From Flavobacteriaceae bacterium (GTDB taxonomy: Bacteria; Bacteroidota; Bacteroidia; Flavobacteriales; Flavobacteriaceae), in assembly GCA_028280265.1 (NCBI GenBank), contig JANQMD010000055.1:3626-67625 (forward strand): a DNA stretch of 64,000 nt. Reading direction: 5' to 3'. Below are positions 24,741-34,597 of the stretch, in pieces. Position numbers and translations under genes: made by a program. The notes below the pieces were generated by a model that saw nothing but the letters and a program-made list of their open reading frames with translations, searched no databases and had not been told where the DNA came from. Every line of letters begins with the position of its first letter. The stretch's first letter is position 1.

Positions 24741-27419
24741 TCAGAAAAGCGTTATCTGTCCATCGTCATCGGCTTTTAAATCACCCTTATCTTTCTCTTC
24801 TGATGTTGTTTTGTTTTCTTTCTTTTCAACTGATGCTTCAGTTTGTTGGGCCAATACTTCCTCATCTACCACTTCTACTTCTTCAATAGGTGCTTCCTCT
24901 GGCTCTTCATAGGGAAGTGAGTCTAATAGGTTTACTTGTCTTATTTTATCTGTAGTCAACTGATTTCCTTGTGCTTTAATCCCTTTGACTGCTATAAACT
25001 CTTCAAAATTTACTTGACGATTATCAATGGATCTCTTGGAGAAGACTACTTCTGCAATAGGTCTATAGTCTGTAGCAATAATCTCCAGTTGTGAATTGGG
25101 ATGATCAGATATAAATAGTTCTTCTTTGTCGGGGTTCTCAATCAAAAAACGCTTGACAAAATACCTTTCCTTTTCTCCATCAAAATAGATGGCTGAAATC
25201 GGTTTTTTAGGATTCCATTTCTCTAACACAATCATATCCTCCTCAAAATGCATTTGCAAATCGGGAGTAACGGCTTTAATTTTCCCAGATTGAGTGGCTA
25301 TGAGTAATTTATCTTCAGCTCTAAACTCTCCGAGTAATTCTCCTCTATCATCAACATTTAACCGTTGTACCGCATCATCGAACCAAATTTTTCTGGGTTT
25401 TAAGGTAGAAACTCCAGCAGATTTGAATTCTACCTTTCTAATGGCAAATTTAGTAATTGTGTTTCCTCTAACACCACGACCTTTTACCGCCAAATCGGAG
25501 AAATCAATATCCCATTTTAGCTTTTTAATGCTTCCTACAGCTCTCAATAAAATGGTTACCACTTCTGCTTCTCCATTAGGATTAGCAGTAAAGTAATGCA
25601 CTACAGAACCCTTGCTTCCGTTGGTTAAATCGTATTCCTTATCTCTTGTAATTCCAGTGACTGTAAAGCGTTTCATATAACTTGGACCACTTCTACCATC
25701 ACGATACATCATATTGTATACTGTACGCTTGTCTTTTTTCTTAAAAACAGCTACGTGAATAATGTCTTTTCCAACAAAAGTTTTCGACGCAACTTTGGTA
25801 ACCATCATCTTGCCATCTTTTCTAAAGATAATCACATTGTCAATATCGGCACAATCGGTCACATATTCGTCTTTACGCAAAGAGGTTCCTACAAATCCTT
25901 CTTCTCGATTTACATAGAGCTTTGTATTTCGAATCACTACTTTAGTGGCAACAATATCATCGAAAATTCTTATTTCTGTCTTGCGCTCTTTTCCTTTGCC
26001 ATACTTCGATTTCAGCTCTTTAAAATAGTCTATCGCATATTCAATCAAGTTGGCTAAGTGATGCTTTACCTGTTCAATTTTTTCTTCAAGACTTTCAATA
26101 AACTGTTTAGCCTTGTCAATGTCAAATTTTGATATTTTCTTGATGCGAATTTCAGTCAGACGAATAATATCCTCTTCGGTTACGGCTCGTTTTAAATGCT
26201 TGATATGAGGCTTTAGCCCTTCATCAATTGCTGCAATTACTCCTTCCCAGGTCTCTTCTTCTTCGATATCGCGATAAATACGGTTTTCTATGAAAATCCT
26301 CTCTAAAGATGCAAAATGCCACTGTTCCTCTAGTTCATTCAATTGAATCTCTAATTCACGCTTCAACAGTTCAACTGTATAATCTGTTGAGGATTTGAGC
26401 ATTTCAGAAACCCCAATAAATTTTGGTTTATGATCTTCAATGATACAACACAAAGGAGAGATGGAACTTTCACAGGCTGTAAAAGCATACAGAGCATCAA
26501 TGGTTTTGTCTGGAGAAATGTTTGGTGGCAGATGCACTAATATTTCAACATTTGCAGCTGTATTGTCTTCAATCCGCTTTATTTTGATTTTCCCTTTATC
26601 GTTTGCTTTTAGTATGCTATCTATGAGACTGGAGGTGGTAGTTCCATAAGGAATTTCCGTAATGACCAATGTTTTCTTATCTAACTGAGAAATTTTAGCT
26701 CTTACACGAACCTTCCCTCCTCTTTTTCCATCATTGTAATTGCTAAAGTCTGCAATTCCTCCTGTAAGAAAATCGGGAACTATTTTAAAACTTCTGCCTT
26801 TTAAATATTTGACAGAGGCATCTATGAGTTCGTTAAAGTTATGAGGTAGAATTTTTGTAGACAATCCTACTGCAATTCCTTCTGCACCTTGCGCTAAGAG
26901 CAACGGGAATTTTACAGGCAAATGAACAGGTTCTTTTTTACGTCCATCATAAGAGGCTTGCCATTCTGTTGTTTTTGGATTAAAGATAACATCCAAAGCA
27001 AATTTCGATAGACGTGCTTCAATATAACGTGAGGCTGCAGCTCGATCTCCTGTGAGAATGTTCCCCCAGTTTCCTTGCATGTCTATTAACAATTCCTTTT
27101 GTCCCATTTGTACCATGGCATCAGCAATAGAGGCATCCCCGTGAGGGTGGTACTGCATTGTATGACCTACAATATTAGCAACTTTGTTATAACGACCATC
27201 ATCCAAATCTTTCATGGAATGCATGATTCGTCTTTGCACAGGTTTAAAACCGTCATTAATGGCTGGAACCGCTCTTTCTAGAATAACATAAGAAGCATAA
27301 TCCAAAAACCACTCCTTGTACATTCCAGTAACTTTGGTAATGGTTTCGGTAGCTTCTGTATTTTCCGATTGACTTAACTCTTCGTCAAACTCTTCTTGTT
27401 CGTTTATTTCTTCACTCAT
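24741..27419 (-). CDS. parC: DNA topoisomerase IV subunit A (type IIA topoisomerase A subunit)
   Basis: Motifs AVPAINDGFKPVQRRIMHSM, QRDR YHPHGDASIADAMV and the catalytic Tyr motif AASRYIEARL. It pairs with a 617-aa B subunit. Assigning ParC rather than GyrA rests on size, the acidic tail and operon context. Confidence 0.75.
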   Translation of the reverse strand: MSEEINEQEEFDEELSQSENTEATETITKVTGMYKEWFLDYASYVILERAVPAINDGFKPVQRRIMHSMKDLDDGRYNKVANIVGHTMQYHPHGDASIADAMVQMGQKELLIDMQGNWGNILTGDRAAASRYIEARLSKFALDVIFNPKTTEWQASYDGRKKEPVHLPVKFPLLLAQGAEGIAVGLSTKILPHNFNELIDASVKYLKGRSFKIVPDFLTGGIADFSNYNDGKRGGKVRVRAKISQLDKKTLVITEIPYGTTTSSLIDSILKANDKGKIKIKRIEDNTAANVEILVHLPPNISPDKTIDALYAFTACESSISPLCCIIEDHKPKFIGVSEMLKSSTDYTVELLKRELEIQLNELEEQWHFASLERIFIENRIYRDIEEEETWEGVIAAIDEGLKPHIKHLKRAVTEEDIIRLTEIRIKKISKFDIDKAKQFIESLEEKIEQVKHHLANLIEYAIDYFKELKSKYGKGKERKTEIRIFDDIVATKVVIRNTKLYVNREEGFVGTSLRKDEYVTDCADIDNVIIFRKDGKMMVTKVASKTFVGKDIIHVAVFKKKDKRTVYNMMYRDGRSGPSYMKRFTVTGITRDKEYDLTNGSKGSVVHYFTANPNGEAEVVTILLRAVGSIKKLKWDIDFSDLAVKGRGVRGNTITKFAIRKVEFKSAGVSTLKPRKIWFDDAVQRLNVDDRGELLGEFRAEDKLLIATQSGKIKAVTPDLQMHFEEDMIVLEKWNPKKPISAIYFDGEKERYFVKRFLIENPDKEELFISDHPNSQLEIIATDYRPIAEVVFSKRSIDNRQVNFEEFIAVKGIKAQGNQLTTDKIRQVNLLDSLPYEEPEEAPIEEVEVVDEEVLAQQTEASVEKKENKTTSEEKDKGDLKADDDGQITLF

Positions 27420-27444
27420 ATTTTAAACGCTATACGTCTAAATG

Positions 27445-27627
27445 TTATTGATTACTTTTTTTGTTTGATAACTGCATTGCAATGATCATACATATTGCTG
27501 TTATAATACCAAAAAATGCTGATCGATTTGCTTTACTTATTAAATTATCCCAATCTATCTCTAATAACCAAACGATAAGCATTACAGCAAAAAATATTGA
27601 TATTCCATTTCTTACTTTACTCGTCAT
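27445..27627 (-). CDS. small two-TM membrane protein
   Basis: 60 aa with two hydrophobic helices. It lies 3 nt after the upstream lipoprotein gene and 25 nt before parC. Confidence 0.45.
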   Translation of the reverse strand: MTSKVRNGISIFFAVMLIVWLLEIDWDNLISKANRSAFFGIITAICMIIAMQLSNKKSNQ

Positions 27628-27630
27628 TAC

Positions 27631-28203
27631 TTACTTAAAATTTACTCGATTGGTTGTTGTTTCTATTATTCTACTATCGTCCAAAAAAGTCCGAATGATA
27701 AACTCAGCTTGATTGGGTAAATTATTGGTGTTCTTAAAATCTATTAAAATTCCATCATGGACATTTGGATTGTTCTCTCGTATGTAATCTGCTATGGTCT
27801 TTTGACTTCCTTCTATCACCAAGTCATTAGTGATTTCTGTTTCAATACCGTTGTTAGCCAGATCACGCACAAAAATCGCAATGCTTTGTATCTTATTCTT
27901 ATATACGACTGTTACATCCTCACAATCGATAGATGCATAAATTGATTGTATACCTACTTTACTGATTTCGTTCAATATAGACCCTATTTTACTTTCCGTT
28001 CCAGTAAACAAAACTTCTAAGAGCAAATCTTCTTTGTTGATTGAAGTTTGACCATCGACTTCAACAAAGTGAATTCCATTCAGTATTAAATTTCTTGAAG
28101 TCACACCAGTTACTGTATACTCAAGAGTATGGTTAGGACAACAGGATGTGGCAAACTGCAACCCAAATAATACAATAAATACAGTAGTAATTTTCTTCTT
28201 CAT
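27631..28203 (-). CDS. hypothetical lipoprotein (possibly DUF5034-like)
   Basis: Lipobox LQFATSC|C. 190 aa. Its start codon directly abuts the parE stop (28204). Confidence 0.55.
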   Translation of the reverse strand: MKKKITTVFIVLFGLQFATSCCPNHTLEYTVTGVTSRNLILNGIHFVEVDGQTSINKEDLLLEVLFTGTESKIGSILNEISKVGIQSIYASIDCEDVTVVYKNKIQSIAIFVRDLANNGIETEITNDLVIEGSQKTIADYIRENNPNVHDGILIDFKNTNNLPNQAEFIIRTFLDDSRIIETTTNRVNFK

Positions 28204-30057
28204 TTATTCTTCAACTACGTCGAGTTCTACTTTTAAGTTTTCAATGATAAACTTTTGTCTGTCTGGGGTATTTTTCCCCATGTAGAATTGTAACATTTGG
28301 TCTATAGACATCTCTTTGTCTAGCATTACAGGATCCAAACGAATATCGTCACCGATAAAATGCACAAACTCATTAGGAGATATTTCTCCCAGCCCCTTAA
28401 ATCGTGTAATCTCTGGCTTTCCTCTTAATTTACCTATAGCTGACTGCTTTTCTTCTTCCGAATAACAGTAAATCGTTTCTTTTTTGTTTCGAACTCTAAA
28501 CAAAGGCGTTTCTAGAATATAGAGATGCCCTTCTTTAATCACTTCTGGGAAGAATTGTAAGAAAAAGGTAATCAATAACAATCGAATGTGCATCCCATCC
28601 ACATCGGCATCTGTTGCGATAACAATGTTATTGTAACGCAGATCTTCCAGTCCATCCTCAATGTTCAAGGCTGCTTGCAAAAGATTGAATTCTTCATTTT
28701 CATACACAATCTTTTTTGAGAGTCCGTATGAATTCAAAGGCTTCCCTTTTAAGCTAAAGACTGCCTGTGTATTTACATTTCTGGACTTTGTAATGGATCC
28801 TGATGCAGAATCACCCTCTGTGATAAAAAGCGTGGTGTCTAAGTACCCTTCTTTTTTAGTATCTCCAAAATGAACACGACAATCGCGTAATTTTTTGTTG
28901 TGTAAACTTGCTTTTTTAGCCCGTTCCCTTGCCAGCTTCCGAATTCCAGAGAGTTCCTTTCGTTCCTTCTCTGCCTGTAAGATTTTCTTTTGTAGCTTTT
29001 CTGCAGTTTCGGTATTCTTGTGTAAGAAATTGTCTAAATGAGTCTTTACAAAATCATTGATGTAAGTTCTCACGGTAGGAAGTCCACCTCCCATTTCTGT
29101 GGACCCTAATTTTGTTTTTGTCTGACTTTCAAAAACAGGTTCCATGACTTTGATAGAAACAGCAGAGATAATAGATTTCCTCACATCGGAGGCCTCAAAG
29201 TTTTTTCCATAAAACTCACGCACTGTTTTTACAATGGATTCTCTAAATGCTGCTTGGTGAGTTCCTCCTTGTGTGGTATGTTGTCCGTTCACAAAGGAAT
29301 GATATTCCTCCGAATATTGAGTTTTGCTATGCGTAATAGCAACCTCAATGTCATTTCCCTTTAAATGGATAATTGGATACAACATATCTTCAATATTATT
29401 ATTGTCTTCCAACAAGTCTTTCAGTCCATTTTCAGAGACATATTTTTCTCCATTGAAAATGATGGTCAAACCAGGATTCAGGTACACGTAATTCTTTAAC
29501 ATACGTACCACGTACTCTGGTCGGAATTTATAGTTTTTGAAAATTGAGTCGTCAGGAACAAAAGAAACTTTGGTTCCTTTTCTTCTGGAAGTCTCATCCA
29601 ATTGCTCTTGGTTGATGAGATTTCCCTGTTCAAACTCAGCCGAGGCAGATTTTCCATCTCTATTGGATTCAACTCGAAAGTAGGTTGAGAGCGCATTTAC
29701 AGCCTTAGTTCCTACTCCGTTCAATCCAACTGACTTTTTAAAAGCACGTGTATCGTACTTTCCTCCTGTGTTCATTTTAGAAACAACATCAACTACTTTT
29801 CCGAGAGGAATTCCTCTTCCATAGTCCCTTACAGTCACTTTATTTCCTTGAATGGAAATTTCTATGGTCTTACCAGCGCCCATCACAAATTCATCGATAG
29901 AATTGTCCAGTACTTCTTTCAAAAGAATATAAATACCATCATCTCCAGAAGATCCATCGCCCAATTTACCAATGTACATACCAGGTCTCATTCTGATATG
30001 TTCTTTCCAATCGAGAGACCGTATATTATCTTCCGTATACTTCGTTTCTTGCGCCAT
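28204..30057 (-). CDS. parE: DNA topoisomerase IV subunit B
   Basis: GHKL ATPase motifs ([23 protein letters not shown]), Toprim EGDSASGS and [16 protein letters not shown]. 617 aa. Confidence 0.75.
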   Translation of the reverse strand: MAQETKYTEDNIRSLDWKEHIRMRPGMYIGKLGDGSSGDDGIYILLKEVLDNSIDEFVMGAGKTIEISIQGNKVTVRDYGRGIPLGKVVDVVSKMNTGGKYDTRAFKKSVGLNGVGTKAVNALSTYFRVESNRDGKSASAEFEQGNLINQEQLDETSRRKGTKVSFVPDDSIFKNYKFRPEYVVRMLKNYVYLNPGLTIIFNGEKYVSENGLKDLLEDNNNIEDMLYPIIHLKGNDIEVAITHSKTQYSEEYHSFVNGQHTTQGGTHQAAFRESIVKTVREFYGKNFEASDVRKSIISAVSIKVMEPVFESQTKTKLGSTEMGGGLPTVRTYINDFVKTHLDNFLHKNTETAEKLQKKILQAEKERKELSGIRKLARERAKKASLHNKKLRDCRVHFGDTKKEGYLDTTLFITEGDSASGSITKSRNVNTQAVFSLKGKPLNSYGLSKKIVYENEEFNLLQAALNIEDGLEDLRYNNIVIATDADVDGMHIRLLLITFFLQFFPEVIKEGHLYILETPLFRVRNKKETIYCYSEEEKQSAIGKLRGKPEITRFKGLGEISPNEFVHFIGDDIRLDPVMLDKEMSIDQMLQFYMGKNTPDRQKFIIENLKVELDVVEE

Positions 30058-30288
30058 AAAATAGAACTGCTGTTTGACTCCTTGCTAAAATAGGGTTTCT
30101 ACACATAAATCAAAATGACAGTGGATATTAGTTATTAACAGAATTATTCTGTTTTTGTTGATTGAAATTGATTAAGAAATCTCTAGTGAGATTATAATTT
30201 TTAATTGAAAAATAACAATCTGTTATATTTTTAAACATTTCGGAATTCGTATGAGATTATAGCTATTTTCGTTGATGAAATAAAGTAT

Positions 30289-31494
30289 ATGGAATATCAA
30301 GATTTATTAGAGCTGACCAAGAAATACGACAGTCCTCTTTATGTCTATTACACGGATACTATTGAGTATCAATACAGAAGAATTACTGAAGCATTCTCCG
30401 ATGTAAATAAACTACAAATTAATTACGCTGTAAAAGCGTTGTCAAATATTAATATTTTAAAGTTTTTTAAGAAGTTAGATTCTGGACTAGACACCGTTTC
30501 TATCCAAGAAGTAAGATTAGGTTTGGAGGCTGGATTTGATCCAAAAAAAATTATATATACCCCTAACGGAGTTTCTCTAGAAGAGATTGAAGAAGTAGCT
30601 ACGAAAGGAGTACAAATCAATATTGATAATTTGTCCATTCTTGAATTGTTTGGACAAAAGCATCCAGACATTCCTGTTTGCATTCGGATCAATCCTCATA
30701 TCATGGCTGGAGGAAATAGTAAAATTTCTGTAGGTCATATTGATTCAAAATTCGGTATCTCTATTCATCAGGTTCCACATATTTTAAGAGTGGTGGAAAA
30801 TACAGGAATGACCATCAATGGCATTCACATGCACACAGGATCTGACATTTTAGACATTGACACTTTTGTAAGAGCTTCTGAGATTTTATTTGACGTTGCA
30901 AAGCAATTTAAAAACATAGATTTTATCGATTTTGGAAGTGGTTTTAAGGTTCCTTATAAGGATGATGATATCTCCACTGATATTGAACAGCTGGGTGTAC
31001 AGTTAAGTGAGCGATTTAATCAATTCTGTCAGGAATATGGTAAAGAGATCACACTAATGTTTGAACCCGGTAAGTTTTTAGTTTCAGCTGCAGGTTATTT
31101 CTTGGCTAGGGTGAATGTAGTAAAACAAACCACCTCAACCGTTTTTGCAGGTATTGATAGCGGATTTAACCACTTGATTCGTCCTATGATGTACGATTCG
31201 TATCATAAGATTACAAATATTTCAAATCCAGAAGGTAGAGATCGTTATTACTCTGTGGTCGGTTACATCTGTGAAACAGACACTTTTGGATCCAATCGTA
31301 GAATTTCTGAAATTTCTGAAGGAGATATTTTATGTTTCCATAATGCGGGTGCTTATTGTTTTTCAATGGCCTCTAATTACAACTCTCGCTACAGACCTGC
31401 TGAAGTAATGATTTATAAACAAGAAGATTTTTTAATTCGAAAACGCGAAACTTTTGATGACATTCTAAATAACCAACAAGTATTCGAATTTTAA
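30289..31494 (+). CDS. lysA: diaminopimelate decarboxylase
   Basis: PLP-Lys motif INYAVKAL, HMHTGS, EPGKFLV and the C-terminal NAGAY. Confidence 0.88.
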   Translation: MEYQDLLELTKKYDSPLYVYYTDTIEYQYRRITEAFSDVNKLQINYAVKALSNINILKFFKKLDSGLDTVSIQEVRLGLEAGFDPKKIIYTPNGVSLEEIEEVATKGVQINIDNLSILELFGQKHPDIPVCIRINPHIMAGGNSKISVGHIDSKFGISIHQVPHILRVVENTGMTINGIHMHTGSDILDIDTFVRASEILFDVAKQFKNIDFIDFGSGFKVPYKDDDISTDIEQLGVQLSERFNQFCQEYGKEITLMFEPGKFLVSAAGYFLARVNVVKQTTSTVFAGIDSGFNHLIRPMMYDSYHKITNISNPEGRDRYYSVVGYICETDTFGSNRRISEISEGDILCFHNAGAYCFSMASNYNSRYRPAEVMIYKQEDFLIRKRETFDDILNNQQVFEF

Positions 31495-31499
31495 AAGGG

Positions 31500-31526
31500 A
31501 GAGCAGCGAAAGCTGCTCTTTTTCTT
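31500..31526 (+). terminator. rho-independent terminator after lysA
   Basis: AGAGCAGC, GAAA loop, GCTGCTCT, followed by TTTTCTTTCTT. Confidence 0.85.
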
Positions 31527-31620
31527 TCTTGAAACTATTGTGGTATCTATAATTTTAGTGAATAATTTGTTGTAGACTCTTTTAAATATTTTATTATTTT
31601 TCGCTATCTAAATTTACTTC

Positions 31621-33954
31621 ATGAAAGTTTGTATCGCCGAGAAACCAAGTGTTGCCAGAGAGATCGCTAACATTTTAGGAGCCAATACAAAACGTGATGG
31701 ATATTACGAAGGAAACGGTTATGCAGTCACTTATACATTTGGGCATTTGTGTACACTCTTAGAGCCCAAAGATTACAAACCACACTGGAAAAGATGGGAT
31801 TTGAACAACCTACCTATGCTACCAGAAAAGTTTTCTACAAAGGTGACTGATGACAAAGGAATTCAAAAACAGTTTAAAATAGTCAGAAGTTTATTTGAAA
31901 AAGCAGAACTCATCATCAATTGCGGGGATGCTGGTCAAGAAGGAGAGCTGATTCAAAGATGGGTCATTAATCAATCTAATTATAGAGGAGAAGTCAAACG
32001 TCTATGGATTTCCTCTCTTACAGAAGAAGCGATTAAAGAAGGGTTTGAAAACTTACATTCTTCAGAAAAATACGATCATTTATACTACGCTGGGTATTCC
32101 AGAGCTATTGGTGATTGGTTGTTAGGATTAAATGCCACTCGATTGTACACTGTAAAATTCGGAGGCTACAAACAAGTGCTGTCTATTGGTAGGGTGCAGA
32201 CTCCTACACTGGCTATGTTAGTAAATCGTTATAAGGAGATTGAAAACTTTAAGCCTCAACCCTACTGGGAATTACAAACTACTTATAGAGATACAGTATT
32301 TCATTATGAAGAAGGTCGTTTTACAAAAAAAGAAGATGGTGAAGCACTTTCTGAAAAGATCAAAGCATCTCCTTTTCAGATCACTTCAGTAAACAAGAAA
32401 AAAGGAAAGGATTACGCCCCTAAGTTATTTGACTTAACCAGTTTACAGGTGTATTGTAACAATAAATTTGGATTCTCGGCAGATGAGACTTTAAAGGTTG
32501 TTCAGAAACTATACGAAATGAAAGTTGTAACCTATCCAAGAGTAGATACCACTTTCCTACCTAATGATTTGTATCCTAAAGTTGCTGAAATTTTAAGGCG
32601 TCTTACAAGATATAAAGAACTTACTCAACCTCTAATGGACAGTAAAATTAGAAAGTCCAAAAGGGTTTTTGATGATAAAAAAGTAACGGATCACCATGCC
32701 ATCATCCCAACGGGCATAGAGGCTAACCTACAATACAATCATCAACAAGTATATGATATTATTACCAGACGTTTTATTGCTGTATTCTATGAAGATAGCG
32801 ACATTTCTAATACCTCTGTTCAGGGAAAAGTAGTTGACATTCCATTTAAAGCAACAGGAAAAGAAATTTTAACGCAAGGATGGCGAGTTGTTTTTCAATC
32901 CGATGATAACACTTCGAAAAAGTCTTCTTCACAACAAGCTGTCTTACCTACTTTTGCTGAAGGCGAAAAAGGAGAACATCAACCTTCTTTCTTGGAAAAA
33001 GAAACCAAACCGCCAAGAAATTATACTGAGGCCAGCTTATTACGCTCTATGGAGACCGCAGGCAAACAAGTTGATGATGATGAAATGCGTGAATTGATGA
33101 AAGAAAATGGTATTGGGCGTCCTTCTACACGAGCCAGTATTATTGAGACACTTTTTAAAAGGAAATACATTGAACGCAAAAAGAAGTTGGTACTTCCTAC
33201 GCAGACTGGAATTCAGTTAATTGATCTGATTGATAATGAATTATTGAAATCAGCAGAATTGACTGGAAGATGGGAAAAACGATTGAAAGAAATTGAACGC
33301 GGAGAGTTCAATGCAGGAACATTCATCAACAATATGAAAAAGATGGTTGATGATTTGGTGTATGAAGTTCGATCCAGTAAGAAGAAAGCAACCATTTCGA
33401 ACCTGCCTTATCAGCAGAAAGGCGCAGTTGAGAAGTCGCAAAAAAAGAAAATCAAAAAACAAGTTGCAGGTAAAAGCTGTCCAAAATGCACAAATGGGAA
33501 ACTTTTAAAAGGGAAATCGGCTTATGGCTGTTCTGAGTATAACAAAAGTTGTGATTTTAAAATTCCTTTTAAAATTCACTCTAAAAAGATTTCCGAAAAT
33601 CAAATTATACGATTGCTAGAAAAGGGTGCTACAACCAATTTAAAAGGCTTTAAAACGGATACTGAAACTGTTGAAGGATTGTTACGTTTTGAGGAAGGTT
33701 TCAATATCAAATTGGAACCCAAAAAGACTGAGATCACTTCATCGCTTCAAAATTCTGATACTGCTCGTAATAACCAGGAAAAAATTCCATGCCCAAAATG
33801 TAAAAAGGGAACGATTCTTAAGGGGAAAGAAGCCTATGGTTGTTCAAATTATAGACAAGGATGCGATTTTACTTTTTCTTTCAAAAAGATTAAAGAAATA
33901 GCAAACGGAAAGTCGCTAACAAAAGAGCTTGTACTTCAAATCATTAGTACATAA
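31621..33954 (+). CDS. topB: DNA topoisomerase III with two C-terminal zinc ribbons
   Basis: Toprim MKVCIAEKPSVAREIA, catalytic Tyr in VVTYPRVDT, and two copies of CPKC...GK.AYGCS.Y...CDF at the C-terminus. Confidence 0.9.
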   Translation: MKVCIAEKPSVAREIANILGANTKRDGYYEGNGYAVTYTFGHLCTLLEPKDYKPHWKRWDLNNLPMLPEKFSTKVTDDKGIQKQFKIVRSLFEKAELIINCGDAGQEGELIQRWVINQSNYRGEVKRLWISSLTEEAIKEGFENLHSSEKYDHLYYAGYSRAIGDWLLGLNATRLYTVKFGGYKQVLSIGRVQTPTLAMLVNRYKEIENFKPQPYWELQTTYRDTVFHYEEGRFTKKEDGEALSEKIKASPFQITSVNKKKGKDYAPKLFDLTSLQVYCNNKFGFSADETLKVVQKLYEMKVVTYPRVDTTFLPNDLYPKVAEILRRLTRYKELTQPLMDSKIRKSKRVFDDKKVTDHHAIIPTGIEANLQYNHQQVYDIITRRFIAVFYEDSDISNTSVQGKVVDIPFKATGKEILTQGWRVVFQSDDNTSKKSSSQQAVLPTFAEGEKGEHQPSFLEKETKPPRNYTEASLLRSMETAGKQVDDDEMRELMKENGIGRPSTRASIIETLFKRKYIERKKKLVLPTQTGIQLIDLIDNELLKSAELTGRWEKRLKEIERGEFNAGTFINNMKKMVDDLVYEVRSSKKKATISNLPYQQKGAVEKSQKKKIKKQVAGKSCPKCTNGKLLKGKSAYGCSEYNKSCDFKIPFKIHSKKISENQIIRLLEKGATTNLKGFKTDTETVEGLLRFEEGFNIKLEPKKTEITSSLQNSDTARNNQEKIPCPKCKKGTILKGKEAYGCSNYRQGCDFTFSFKKIKEIANGKSLTKELVLQIIST

Positions 33955-34058
33955 ACAGCAAGGTTTATACTCATAATACCCAAGCTTTTAAAAACCAATT
34001 TCACATCTTAGTTTTGGCATATTTTTTGGTCTAGATATTACAAATTAAAACCCTTTTA

Positions 34059-34451
34059 ATGATGCCTAAATTATCTAAAATTTTACTCGCTTTTTTTATT
34101 GCTTTTGCATCTCTATCAACTTATGGTCAAACCGTAAAAGAATACAAATCTTTTTCTCTAAATATCGATGAACTGCCAGAATATGTGGTTATCTTTTCAG
34201 AAACAACTGGACGTATAATGGGAAATATTGTTACTCAAATTGATTCAAAAAAATCTCCAGACAAATCCGCTCTAGATAAATTGGATGATATTTTAACAAA
34301 TAAAAAGAAGCTTAGAGTCAGAAATCAAACTGATCTACTAAATATTATGTTAGGTTTCGGCTATGAGTATGTAAATGCTTTCAGTGCTGGTCAAAGCGAT
34401 ATGTCTAAAATAGTATTTCGAAAAAAAGTAAAGTATCGTACATCAGAATAG
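34059..34451 (+). CDS. hypothetical secreted protein
   Basis: 130 aa with signal peptide ...ASLSTYG|QT. No recognisable domain. Confidence 0.5.
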   Translation: MMPKLSKILLAFFIAFASLSTYGQTVKEYKSFSLNIDELPEYVVIFSETTGRIMGNIVTQIDSKKSPDKSALDKLDDILTNKKKLRVRNQTDLLNIMLGFGYEYVNAFSAGQSDMSKIVFRKKVKYRTSE

Positions 34452-34488
34452 ACAATAAAAAGGGGTGTCTATAAAGAGGATAAAAAAC

Positions 34489-34515
34489 GTTATTCTGAAT
34501 TTATTTCAGAATAAC
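34489..34515 (-). terminator. 11-bp perfect hairpin, likely terminator for the aminopeptidase gene
   Basis: GTTATTCTGAA (34489-34499), loop TTTAT, TTCAGAATAAC (34505-34515). On the minus strand it is followed by GTTTTTTAT. Confidence 0.6.
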
Positions 34516-34597
34516 AAAATAGTTGGTTTTCAATAAAAGTTAGAATCCATAACTAGTACAGATTGATGAAAACCAGACCTTTTAGACTGCTCCTGTT

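Noticed and set aside
25294-27281. Four plus-strand ORFs (60-100 aa) across parC
   Set aside because: All are antisense to parC. None has a start context or recognisable domain.
30058-30288. Lysine riboswitch upstream of lysA
   Set aside because: I found no L-box conserved core or multi-stem GC-rich structure. The region is AT-rich and contains only a short palindrome.
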